A stretch of DNA of 63,613 bases, filler included, from Octopus bimaculoides (lineage: Eukaryota), in the NCBI RefSeq assembly GCF_001194135.2. It is 4 parts of 3 records of this genome, joined end to end, with 100 filler letters (N's around TTAATTAATTAA, not from the genome) between each part and the next. Parts side by side here need not be neighbours in the genome. Positions count along the whole stretch, not along the records: positions 1 to 30,265 come from NC_068985.1; 3 more parts are not named here. One strand, given 5' to 3'. Position numbers and translations under genes: made by a program. Shown in pieces: positions 12,740 to 24,689 of the stretch. Below the pieces are notes generated by a model, which saw only the letters and a program-made list of their open reading frames with translations, was not told the origin of the DNA and searched no databases. Numbering within the stretch: the stretch's first letter is position 1; each line of letters begins with the position of its first letter.

Positions 12740-13648
12740 TTCTTTCTCTCTCTCTCTCCACACATACACATTTAGACACGTACACCCCGTCCGCATCTAA
12801 ATATTCACCCAACCGCCCTCAACTACGAACAATGTCATCATTTTTAAACAATAAAGCTATCTGATGCAATATTTAGATAAATCACAGGAAAAAAAAATCG
12901 TGAATGTATATGCATGTAAGTGAGTCTGTGTTTATGCTATGTTTATGTCCTTATCTGTGTGTGTGCGTGTGTGTGTGTGTGTTTATGTGAAATACATGCA
13001 TGCATTTGTATGAACGTATGTGTGTGATTATATGGAAACAAAGAGAAAGAAGGAGAAGGAAAGAAAGAAGGAAAAGATAAGGAAGAATGTATTTGTTTCC
13101 TCATTGGAAAGCAGAAAGTTATACAATCAATGGCGGATATCCTGTGGGAGAGAACTAGAGATATTATTGATGAATAGTCATGCAATATTAAGCAGAAGTT
13201 TAGGCCAATGGAAATTGATGAGCCAGAAAGAATGCTGTGTAAAATATGCCTTGTATTTAGTTTCGTATTACTATGTTTTGAGATCAAATCCACAGGAGGT
13301 CGATTAAGAATTTTTATTTCTCCTGGGGTAAATAAAATTGTATTGGTGTTTTAGCTAAACTTTATCCCTAATACAAAAGGTGTCATATATTTATTTCTGA
13401 TTTCTATCAGTAGCGTGAAGTTGGATGACAACATAAAAATCTGTATCTGGATAAGATGCTAGTCTATCGAACGAAGCTTTAGCATGGACAATGAATCGAA
13501 CTTACAACAACCACAAGACAACAAAATGCTCGCGAATCTCTTATCGCCGAGGTTGGTCAATAATCTTTTGAATAAAGTTACTTTTATAGTATTCTCTCTC
13601 CTTATTAAACGCAAACTGCAAGACAACAACGACAGCAACAACAACAAC

Positions 13649-13688
<40 letters not shown>

Positions 13689-13780
13689 ATATACATATAC
13701 ACACTCATATACATATACACACTCATATACATACACACACACGCACATACTTATATAGATATGTATACATTCACACACGT

Positions 13781-14035
13781 AGAGGCGCGTGACCTAGTGG
13801 TTAGAGTGTCAGCACCATGATCGTAAGATTGTGGTTTCGATTCCTGGACCGGGCGACGCGTTGTATTCTTGAGCAAAACACTTCATTTCACGTTGTTCCA
13901 GTCTACTCAGCTGCCAAAAATGAGTAACACTGTGATGGACTGGCGTCCCGTCCAGCTGGGGAACACATACGCCATTGAAACCGGGAAACCGGGCCCATGA
14001 GCCTGGCTAGGCTTTAAAAGGGCGCATTTATTTAT
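13781..14035 (+). mobile_element. tRNA-headed SINE family D, near full length
   Basis: A-box tgacctagtgg, B-box ggtttcgattcc, body ...gaaaccgggaaaccgggcccatgag..., ATTT tail; near-identical to 50722. Confidence 0.9.
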
Positions 14036-14109
14036 TTTATACATTCACACACACATGCGCTCACATACGTATGTGTGTGTGTGTGTGTGAGTGTATCTGA
14101 GTGCCCTTT

Positions 14110-14286
14110 TGCTTCACCATCGGTGATGGTTTGTGTACATCTCTTTGACTTAGCGGTTCGGTAAAAGTGATGGATGAAAAATTTCAAGCTTTAAAGGCAA
14201 GCATAAGTACAGGTGACGTTTCTTTCGACTAAAACCCTTCAAAGCGTTTCCCCTAGCATGGTTGTAGTCTAATAACTGAAACAATT
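14110..14286 (+). mobile_element. SINE 3' module (family B), degenerate
   Basis: ttagcggttcggtaaaag...ttcgactaaa...ctagcatggttgtagtctaataactgaaac. Confidence 0.6.
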
Positions 14287-14302
14287 AACACATACACACA
14301 AA

Positions 14303-14348
<46 letters not shown>

Positions 14349-15333
14349 GATATTATTGAGAAAATAGGTCTTAGAGACAGTTCTTCGAGTAGACACAATA
14401 TTTGAAGAAAGATTTCGTTAAATTTAAAATTATTAATTACCTACAAAAATTTAAAAGATCAAAATTTGTTCCCCACCACCACAAATTGTGTCTTTTTGTA
14501 CAAAGACCTNNNNNNNNNNNNNNNNNNNNNNNNNNNNNNNNNNNNNNNNNNNNNNNNNNNNNNNNNNNNNNNNNNNNNNNNNNNNNNNNNNNNNNNNNNN
14601 NNNNNNNNNNNNNNNNNNNNNNNNNNNNNNNNNNNNNNNNNNNNNNNNNNNNNNNNNNNNNNNNNNNNNNNNNNNNNNNNNNNNNNNNNNNNNNNNNNNN
14701 NNNNNNNNNNNNNNNNNNNNNNNNNNNNNNNNNNNNNNNNNNNNNNNNNNNNNNNNNNNNNNNNNNNNNNNNNNNNNNNNNNNNNNNNNNNNNNNNNNNN
14801 NNNNNNNNNNNNNNNNNNNNNNNNNNNNNNNNNNNNNNNNNNNNNNNNNNNNNNNNNNNNNNNNNNNNNNNNNNNNNNNNNNNNNNNNNNNNNNNNNNNN
14901 NNNNNNNNNNNNNNNNNNNNNNNNNNNNNNNNNNNNNNNNNNNNNNNNNNNNNNNNNNNNNNNNNNNNNNNNNNNNNNNNNNNNNNNNNNNNNNNNNNNN
15001 NNNNNNNNNNNNNNNNNNNNNNNNNNNNNNNNNNNNNNNNNNNNNNNNNNNNNNNNNNNNNNNNNNNNNNNNNNNNNNNNNNNNNNNNNNNNNNNNNNNN
15101 NNNNNNNNNNNNNNNNNNNNNNNNNNNNNNNNNNNNNNNNNNNNNNNNNNNNNNNNNNNNNNNNNNNNNNNNNNNNNNNNNNNNNNNNNNNNNNNNNNNN
15201 NNNNNNNNNNNNNNNNNNNNNNNNNNNNNNNNNNNNNNNNNNNNNNNNNNNNNNNNNNNNNNNNNNNNNNNNNNNNNNNNNNNNNNNNNNNNNNNNNNNN
15301 NNNNNNNNNNNNNNNNNNNNNNNNNNACATACA

Positions 15334-15386
<53 letters not shown>

Positions 15387-16694
15387 GTATGTATATATAG
15401 GCATATAGCTCCCCCCCTCTCTCTCTCTCTCTCGCTATCTATATGAAATCCGACAGCATTCCGTTGTTTCTGGAGGACCTGCTATGTACATATAACCCGA
15501 ATTACTTGAATCTATCTCCAAAGGAAAGGCTTAGGTAGAATTAAATACACATACACCCACATACAAATAGATATATGTTTGTTGCATGTGCATTGTGTGT
15601 AAGGTAACAGGATTACGGATCCTTAAATAAGGTTTTCTTGCAATCAACCTTGAGGTGGCCTTTACTGAAGCGGTTGGAGAAGAAATGACAAATATCGACC
15701 GACTGGTTAAAATGTCATACGGTACACTCTTCAGTATATCACTTTGTCTCTCATAGAAAGTTTCACAAACCATTCAAGTGTTTGATTAAATTTTATATGA
15801 AAGAATTTGGGAATGTTTCGACGTATTGCTGAAATTATACTTTTATAGTATTTAGAAGTAGATGCGCTTTGAAATATTCTCAAACGCTGATCCTTGGTTC
15901 AGGATTGTCCTTGTAATAATGTTTACTTGCGTATCTTTAGCTTACAAAATGTAGTCGGTGGGTCTTGTGGGGTTTTCAAGTTGACATTTATTGGACGTAT
16001 GTACCTGCGCTTTTCGAATAGGTGCTCTATAAAATCTGCATAGCTTTTCGAGCTGTTATTTGTCAGCAGTGTATGTGTTGTGTCGATGCTCCCAGGCGAA
16101 GAAGTAGGATCTCCCAAGACATATAAATAGAGGTAGTCTGGCCGTGGTAGGTGTGTTGAGTAGCAATCGAGTAGCAGTTATGTAGCGGTTGAACAGGGAT
16201 CATTTGAAGGTGCGAGATAGCAGTAGCTTGAGACATAACAGTATGTTAGTGTATACGGTACTGGCATAATCATACTATGAGTAGTGACCCTGAGCGAGAG
16301 TGACATGGTATGTTTGTTTGTCCCGGGTAAGATTTTAAACTGCACCCTGTAGAGAGACCCTGGTTCGGTGTTCCAGAGATTTGAAGAGTGGAGAATCACC
16401 TCTTAGCTACTATTGTTTCCACATCTAATCTGACCCGCAGTAGCAGCACCCATCCTTGGAGGCCACAAAAATGATCCGAAATTCAATCAAGGACATAATT
16501 TACAAAGACTGCATATTTGTGTATTCGTCTAAAATGGGTTTTCAATCCAGCAACAGATATGGGCATCTTTGAGCATAAAAAGACAGCTGTGTTTGGGTGG
16601 AGGTAGTGGAACTAAAACGCACATAAACCTCTTTTGCTTATCTGCTGTTTCTGAGATCTCTCACTGTTAACAGGACAAGATTTTGAAAGTTCAA

Positions 16695-16905
16695 GACCTG
16701 ATTTTGGTACAAACCAGAAATTTTGGAGGGAAGGGACAAATCGATTACATCAACCTCATTGCTCAACTGGTACTTATTTTGTCGACCCTGAAAAAAAAAA
16801 TAATGAAAGGCGAAGTCATCGTCGGTGGAAGTTAAACATAGAATGTAACGAGGTGAAAGAAATGCCGCTAAGCATTTTACCTGACGTGCTAATGATGCTG
16901 GCAGC
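16695..16905 (-). mobile_element. SINE family C (CORE-like domain), degenerate
   Basis: Reverse complement gives gagctgccagcatcattagcacg...ttcagggtcgacaaaataagtaccag...ccctccaaaatttctgg. Confidence 0.75.
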
Positions 16906-17413
16906 TCGCTACTTTTTAAAAGCTTAACATAAGAAACAGTGCAAGCGAGACCACTTTTGGCTCTTCTACATATGAGATCACAACGTCTTAAAGTTCTGGA
17001 GATTTTTTGTTTCACTTCTTGATACATAATTCGGTATTTCTTAAACTACAGGCAATGTTTCCTGGTTATAGATCACCATTAATTTTTATTCATTGCAAGC
17101 TGTTACTAATTATGTCTTCCCTTTTACAGATTTAGGGTTTTCTTTGGTGAATTTACAGTATATCTTTTGGGGTAGTACTGGAGACGTGTACCGAGAATTA
17201 ATTCACCTCAAAATATTTGCTGCAGAAGACTGATGACCAAGCCAGCTCATATGATATTTGATGAGGTGAGCTACCATGCTGCAATAGCTGTGTCAGGTGT
17301 ACATCATTTCCGACTGATATCTAATTTATACATTAAGAATTTCTAGTGGAGTCTTTCGAGGAATTTGATTTGTAATCAATGTGTTTTTCATACTCATTGA
17401 CTATAGCACACTC

Positions 17414-17613
17414 GGTACTACTTTAGCGTGCCGTCTACTGTAGTAACTGTTGTTAACTCTGTGAAACGACCTGATTTGTGTTAGGAATAATGTTAGAGTT
17501 TAATGTTAAGGTTAGGATAAGGGTTAGAGTTTAGGGTTTTGGGCTTAGGGTTAGCGTTAGTCTGTACGCTATAGAGTAAATTGACAGTTAGACCGCGGAG
17601 TAAAGTGGCAACC
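17414..17613. repeat. Small element with internal degenerate (TTAGGG)-like array and imperfect TIRs
   Basis: TTAGGG variants at 17480-17560; ends ggtactactttagcg / cggagtaaagtggcaacc are partly complementary. Confidence 0.5.
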
Positions 17614-17836
17614 TTTCCTCGAGGTTTATCGTAAATCCAAAAGCAGAATGAAAAATTGGATTATGGGTTCGTTATGTTTAAAAAAAAATGCTTCAAGTGA
17701 GTTACAATAGCAATCGTTCGCGGACAACAAATTGCGAACCAGAGTCATGAATGTCATTATTTTAGCTTCTGAATAGCCTACTTGGGCGAAAAATGACAAA
17801 GATACCTAATACTAATGCTAATAATAATAATAATAA

Positions 17837-17877
<41 letters not shown>

Positions 17878-17914
17878 ATAATAATAATGATGATAATAAT
17901 AATAATAATAACGA

Positions 17915-18047
17915 TAAGCCTAAAGCCTGAAATTTGGTGGGAAGGGACTAGTCGATTACATTGACCCCAGTGTTTCACTGGTACTGAATTTATCAACACC
18001 ACCAAAGGATGAAAGGCACAGTCAACTTCAGCGGAATTTGAACTCAG
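17915..18047 (-). mobile_element. SINE family C, partial
   Basis: gcctgaaatttggtgggaagggactagtcgattacattgaccccagtgtt..tggtact..ggatgaaaggc..ggaatttgaactcag. Confidence 0.8.
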
Positions 18048-18129
18048 TATGTGCGTGTGTATGCGTTTCTGTGTGTTTGTATGTGTGTGTGTTTGTGTGT
18101 GTGTTTGTGTATGTGTTTGTGTGTGTGCA

Positions 18130-18185
<56 letters not shown>

Positions 18186-19339
18186 GAGGAGAAAAAGAAA
18201 GTGAGAGTGACAAATTGAGAGAAAGAGACGTCGGTTTATCTAGTTTTCATTTGGCTGTCTGACACCAAAGTTTGTATCTGTGTTACCTCTAACAAATTCA
18301 GATCCATATTTAGATTCTAATACAACTATGGGATATGTGCATTTTGGAAAGAATTCGACAAAAGCCTGATGGATGACTTACCAACTGTTACAAGTACAGG
18401 AATAGCGCAAAAGCCACGCCAACCTGACTTGGCAATCTTTTCCTTGAGCAGTGATACCAATACTGCATCTGTCTAATCTCGCGGAACAAGTGAACACATC
18501 CACACATCGATGATCGGGATCATCACAAGACCAGCGATTACCTTACTACTATGATTGATAACCTCACATAGTATATTATCAATCAATGGAGTCTTTCTTG
18601 AATATTGATCTGTTTAAAAACAGTTTTGATCTCTGTTGAGAGTAATATCCTTTTTCTCAAGAACAAAGAAGTAAGGAACGCCTTCTATAACATTTTCATC
18701 TATTGTAGATGGATTATCAAAATAAAAAATCTGTGAAATACTTTGTCAATCGCTTCATAACATTTTCAATACCGCTGATCAAAGTGGACCCATTTGTAGA
18801 TCGAGTAAAAGCGATAGATGATTGGCGAGGAGCAAATATCTGTTTTAAACAGCTGCATTTTGTTTTGGAATCCTAATTATGAAAACCCAATTGATAACCA
18901 CTAGATCTTCATGGTCTTCAGTTCTCTCTGCGACACTGATTTATGATGCTTCAATGGTTATATTCTTATCAAACGCCTTTTTTCTCAGATAATTTAGAAA
19001 CAATCAATTTGGATACAATTTATATCCGATGCCCTAGAGGTTTGGTACATCGGAATTACATTCATCAGACCAATTCTTGTATCGTCATTCAGTCAGCTTC
19101 TCGAGTTCTAAAATTATATTTATATTTAGTTTTTATTTTCCCAGTGAAAAACTTTAACTGTCGTAACCTGAATAGCTTAAGAAGTAGGCAGGCAATGTTT
19201 GTCTCACCTGTTCTAACCACATTCACAAAAACTTGGGTGTAGAGCTCCTTATAATCATAGTTACCCAGGTAAGGAGATTGGACAGATGAAAATAGTTCAT
19301 TGCCAAGAAATTTCAAACACTCTGCTATCGTCCCACAAA

Positions 19340-19560
19340 CAGACCGCTATCGGAATACACAGGACCAGGAGTCGGTATGATCCCAGAGTCAGACTCGGTG
19401 TGTGACCTAGGAATCCATATTAGTAAGGATGCATCACTCCATGTGTATAATTACTAAGATGGCGGCACTATGCAGGCGACTGTCGGGTTAGATTCTGAGA
19501 TCATTCAAGACAAAGCAAAATACTACCATGCTATTCCTATGGAGAACATAGGAAATACAC
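19340..19560 (+). mobile_element. CR1/L2-group LINE RT C-terminal fragment
   Basis: EYTGPG...IPESDSVCDLGIHISKDAS...ITKMAALCRRLSG*ILRSFKT: the post-RT V.DLG motif typical of CR1-group ORF2. Confidence 0.7.
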
Positions 19561-20121
19561 GTTCCACTTTAATAGCTTTACACTCGGGCTAAGCCCGAGA
19601 GCCGGAGTCGCCACTTCTTATTTATTTTTTTTTTTAATCTTTGTTGCTACACACATTTGCTAGCTTTCTTACAAAGGGGTCTAATGCTCTTAGCTTAGAC
19701 ATTTTGGTGGGCAACCAGATCGAACCACCTCATGTGTAACTGCTCGAAATGGTCGTGGCTTCAGGGACTTGACTGATGAAAGAAAGCTAAGAATGACCCG
19801 TCTTTTTTTTGCCTACCCTTCTTATTCTTGTTTCGCTTGTCCACTTTTGTGTCGTCTATCTGTCCGAACGTTTTAATGTCCTCTATTGCGTTTTTGTTCC
19901 ATTTATATATATATATACTCATAAATATACAGGGATTAGCTTGAGTTGCTTCTCCAACATACTGAAAATTTAGAAATAGCAGTCAAAGAACTACTGATTC
20001 CAAACTACAAATTTTTTCTCTAACGGATGGCGATATATATNNNNNNNNNNNNNNNNNNNNNNNNNNNNNNNNNNNNNNNNNNNNNNNNNNNNNNNNNNNN
20101 NNNNNNNNNNNNNNNNNNNNN

Positions 20122-20153
<32 letters not shown>

Positions 20154-20224
20154 GTGTGTGTGAGTATAAATATATATACGCATACACACATATATATATA
20201 TGTATGTATGTGTATGTACATATA

Positions 20225-20721
20225 TAGTAGTACGTATCCGTCGGTCTTGAGGGGCCATGGATCTGCGCCCAAATAAATCGTGTTAGCTGCTGATGGTAGT
20301 GCAGCATGTGTTGTAGCTCTACGGGCCATCACGGAAGTGGCAGTCACGCATGCAACGACTGATTTGAAGGAACTCTCTGCCGGCACTACTGATTTGCCTT
20401 TTCCTTCCGTCGAGTGCGCTTTTCTTTGATGGCGAGTTCATGTTTTCCTTCCGCTCTCTTCACTCCCTTTCGCAGTATTTACCTCCAGTGTGGGCGATCC
20501 TTTGTAACCTCCTCCCATCTCAGGACGTCCAGATCAAGCGACTTCATATCCTTCTTATAGACGTCTTTGAAACGAAGATGAGGTCGTTCTCGTGCTCTTG
20601 TGCCGGTGGCCAATTCCCCATACAGGAGGCCTTTTGGGATCCTTCCCTCTGACATGTGATAAACATGACAGAGCTGACACAAACGACGTTGCTGTTCATG
20701 AAAGGTGATGAAACGTGTCAT
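20225..20721 (-). mobile_element. RTE/BovB-like LINE 3' segment with tail
   Basis: QQRRLCQLCHVYHMSEGRIPKGLLYGELATGTRARERPHLRFKDV; CCHC-like C-terminus (RCMRDCHS); 3' end gcagatccatggcccctcaagaccgacggat plus (TAC)n. Confidence 0.93.
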
Positions 20722-21485
20722 TCAGTTTGATGGCTTTTTTTCGGAGCCATTCAACATACGTAGCAGCGTGAAACAGAGTTTTGTACTTACTCCAGCCCTA
20801 TTTGTCGTCTTCTTTGCAGTCATGCTGAAACATTGAAACATGCATTTGGAACATCGACTGATAGTGTTTACTTCCACACCAGATCGAGCGGCAAACTCTT
20901 TAGTCTGTCGAGGCTGAAAGCAAAATCCAAGGCGCACCACGTGATCGTCAGAGAAATGCTGGTTCGCAGACGATGCAGCACTGACAGCGGATTCTGAAGA
21001 GCAAATGCAGCACTTCATGGACAAACTTTCAAAGGCCTGTCAGGATTTCAGCCTGACTATCAGTCTGAAGAAGACCCAAATAATAGGTCAAAGTGTCAAG
21101 CACGTCCCCACTATCACCATCAACAACTACAAGCTGAGGGTAGTCCGTCAATTTACATGTCTCGGCTCTACCATCGGTGATGACCTCTCTTTGGACCCTG
21201 TGATCAATAGGCGGATCGGACAAGCATCCTCCACATATAGCAGGCTCACAAAGAGAGTCTGGGAAAGCGAAAAACAGGCTGCAAACACCAAAATTGGTGT
21301 CTATAAGGCGTGCATCCTTACTATGTTACTTTACGGCAGAGAGACGTGGAACCACTACTCTAGACAGAGGCGGCGCCTCAACATCTTTCACTTTCGTAAT
21401 TTGAAACGCATCTTGGACATCAAGTGGACCTACCACACCACCAGCACTGACGCCCTTGACCGATCCAAGATACCTATCACGCACA
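20722..21485 (+). mobile_element. RTE/BovB-like LINE RT segment, inverted relative to the 3' segment
   Basis: QFDGFFSEPFNIRSSVKQSFVLTP..., a FADDAA-like motif, then QHFMDKLSKACQDFSLTISLKKTQ...FTCLGST...ILDIKW...LDRSKIP. Confidence 0.93.
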
Positions 21486-21487
21486 TT

Positions 21488-21520
<33 letters not shown>

Positions 21521-21524
21521 GCCG

Positions 21525-21634
21525 TGATAGATCGCTGACCACTACACACTTTTTTCTCTCCTTGTTTCTTTCTGTGTTCTTTTCTGTGGAAGAGCGTAGG
21601 CTCGAAACGTTAAAGACTTTTTCAATTCCCGAGC
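21525..21634 (+). mobile_element. Family F element (truncated by gap) with hammerhead-like motif
   Basis: gatcgctgaccactac...tttCTGTGGAAGAGCGTAGGCTCGAAACGTTAAAGAC...cccgagc. Confidence 0.75.
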
Positions 21635-22994
21635 NNNNNNNNNNNNNNNNNNNNNNNNNNNNNNNNNNNNNNNNNNNNNNNNNNNNNNNNNNNNNNNNNN
21701 NNNNNNNNNNNNNNNNNNNNNNNNNNNNNNNNNNNNNNNNNNNNNNNNNNNNNNNNNNNNNNNNNNNNNNNNNNNNNNNNNNNNNNNNNNNNNNNNNNNN
21801 NNNNNNNNNNNNNNNNNNNNNNNNNNNNNNNNNNNNNNNNNNNNNNNNNNNNNNNNNNNNNNNNNNNNNNNNNNNNNNNNNNNNNNNNNNNNNNNNNNNN
21901 NNNNNNNNNNNNNNNNNNNNNNNNNNNNNNNNNNNNNNNNNNNNNNNNNNNNNNNNNNNNNNNNNNNNNNNNNNNNNNNNNNNNNNNNNNNNNNNNNNNN
22001 NNNNNNNNNNNNNNNNNNNNNNNNNNNNNNNNNNNNNNNNNNNNNNNNNNNNNNNNNNNNNNNNNNNNNNNNNNNNNNNNNNNNNNNNNNNNNNNNNNNN
22101 NNNNNNNNNNNNNNNNNNNNNNNNNNNNNNNNNNNNNNNNNNNNNNNNNNNNNNNNNNNNNNNNNNNNNNNNNNNNNNNNNNNNNNNNNNNNNNNNNNNN
22201 NNNNNNNNNNNNNNNNNNNNNNNNNNNNNNNNNNNNNNNNNNNNNNNNNNNNNNNNNNNNNNNNNNNNNNNNNNNNNNNNNNNNNNNNNNNNNNNNNNNN
22301 NNNNNNNNNNNNNNNNNNNNNNNNNNNNNNNNNNNNNNNNNNNNNNNNNNNNNNNNNNNNNNNNNNNNNNNNNNNNNNNNNNNNNNNNNNNNNNNNNNNN
22401 NNNNNNNNNNNNNNNNNNNNNNNNNNNNNNNNNNNNNNNNNNNNNNNNNNNNNNNNNNNNNNNNNNNNNNNNNNNNNNNNNNNNNNNNNNNNNNNNNNNN
22501 NNNNNNNNNNNNNNNNNNNNNNNNNNNNNNNNNNNNNNNNNNNNNNNNNNNNNNNNNNNNNNNNNNNTGTGTGTGTGTGTGTGTCTCTGTGTGTATATAG
22601 AAACGATATCAGCACTTAGAAAACGTTTACTTCTGAAATATTTGCACTTTACCTCAAAGAAAAAAAAGAAAAAGACAGGAAGAGAAAGAAAAACGCAAGG
22701 AAAAACAAAACTGTGGTCATAATAGTAAATAAGTAAAAATTAGAAAAAAAAATGATTAAATAACAACAAAAAGCCCCAGTGTAATGAAAAACAATGCACA
22801 CAGAAACGGCGTCGGAAGCATTATTTGTTCACGTTAGTGACTGGCCTACCTATCGTTTGCCTTTATGTTTGAAGAGTTAATCGTTGCCAGTCGCCGGCAG
22901 TGGGGTAAAAATTAAAAGGAAAAAAAAAAAACGGAAAAATAGAATAATAAAAGCATAAGAAAAAATAATAAGCAGAAAATAAACATAACCACGA

Positions 22995-23031
<37 letters not shown>

Positions 23032-23681
23032 AAAGAAAAGGTAAAAAAAAATAGGCAACAAGAGCGATAAATCGATAAACGAACGAACGGGTGACGATGA
23101 TGAAAATGGCGACGTCAATTGATGATGAAGACTCCATGTTAGGTTACTCAATGAAACCGAAGCAGCCAGTGATCTGTCCAACCAGCCAGCCAGCCCAGCA
23201 GCCGGCCAGTTAGCCAGCCACGCAGACGCACAGACAGACAGCCGATCAATTTGATATGTTGCTAGCACTCTTTTTCTCTATGTACTTGTAGTTGTGGTCA
23301 GCAATATATTTCCGGTCACCACATGACAGGTCTCAGTGTCATTGCAGATGGAAAAAAAAACTCGAAGTGTTAAGTTTGCACAGCCAAACTACTATTTGGT
23401 TATTGTTGTTTATCGACTATCGTACAATCGAACGTTGTATGTTCGTTTAGGGCAAAGAAAAATAAAACACACACACACACATAGCGCCATCATAGAATCA
23501 TGATAGTTTCCTTAACATACATAAACGCATGCATGCGTATGCACGCACTCACACACACACATGCACATGCATACACACACACACACGTTGTTATTTCATT
23601 TAGTTTTTTTTTTTATTTAGAAACGCTATCATTTTCATGTATGAAAGTAAATAAAGCTCGAAAAAAAAAAAAAGAAAATGT

Positions 23682-23748
<67 letters not shown>

Positions 23749-24169
23749 GAGAGAAAGAGAGAGATAGGGAGAGTAGGAGATACAGAAAGGGATAAAGCAT
23801 GTGTGAGATAACTAGACATACACACGTTCTTATAAATAACAAAAAGACATAAAAAGAAACAATGTATAAGGCTTACGCAAAGAAAAAATAGAAGTAAAAG
23901 TCTTTTACGTTTAGCGCATGCGCATACGCTCTTTGCATAACAGAACAAACATGTCTCTCTTAGACAATCATTGGATGCTGAAATGACTGGTAGTAGGAGT
24001 TGGTTGTTAGATCGGGACTACTGCGAGAGTTGACTTGAGGCGTGATACACACACACACACACACATGCATGCACGCGCACACACATATATACACCTAAAT
24101 ATAATGGTAAGCTCTCGTATTCCAAGGAAAATGGTTCTCCACTCTGTTTAAAGTGAATAGATGTATGTG

Positions 24170-24378
24170 GCGTGCATTATCTCACTCCCGCCATCAAGTT
24201 GATGTTGCTCGTACAGGTGTATGGTGTGTCACATGTCAGATGTTGTGGTGATCGCAGAGCAACGTTAGATGAAGGGCTTTGCTTAAAAAATGCACACAAC
24301 CCCCAGCAGGTTTAGGAACTGAAACCACATTCCTGCGATCGTAAGGACAATACCCTGATTACCAGGCCATGTGCTCTA
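24170..24378 (-). mobile_element. Old tRNA-headed SINE
   Basis: Reverse complement head agagcacatggcctggtaatcaggg...gtggtttcagttcc resembles the family D head. Confidence 0.55.
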
Positions 24379-24689
24379 ACACGTGTGAATATACATACCT
24401 GTTAATGCAAAAACGTATCTTGATGTTCATTTTATATATCAGCGAATGAATAAACCACAGGAATGAATTTTTCAACCATTGTCTTTTAATTGGGTGCCTT
24501 GTTGTTGCTAAGAAAGTTTTTCGTATTGGGATATCATGTGTTTTACCTCAAACTTGCTTCACTCATCTGAATGTGGCCGTGCTGGGGCACCACCTTGAAG
24601 ATGTGGGCATTAAGTTAAGATGTGGGCATGGAATTTAAAAAAGGTGCCCGGATCAAGTGAGTTTTTTTTTTTGGATTCTTGCCCTTTCT

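Noticed and set aside
13781-13860. tRNA-like A/B boxes here and at 44640-44697, 50722 and 50976
   Set aside because: They are SINE heads continuing into repeat bodies; no complete cloverleaf, so not called tRNA genes.
15430-16640. Non-repetitive-looking stretch with several short minus-strand ORFs
   Set aside because: No recognisable motif or consistent splice pattern; may be very old transposon debris.
17230-17260. CTGATGA motif
   Set aside because: No stem II or GAAA downstream.
18260-19330. Possible decayed transposase or LINE sequence
   Set aside because: No diagnostic motif could be identified in any frame.
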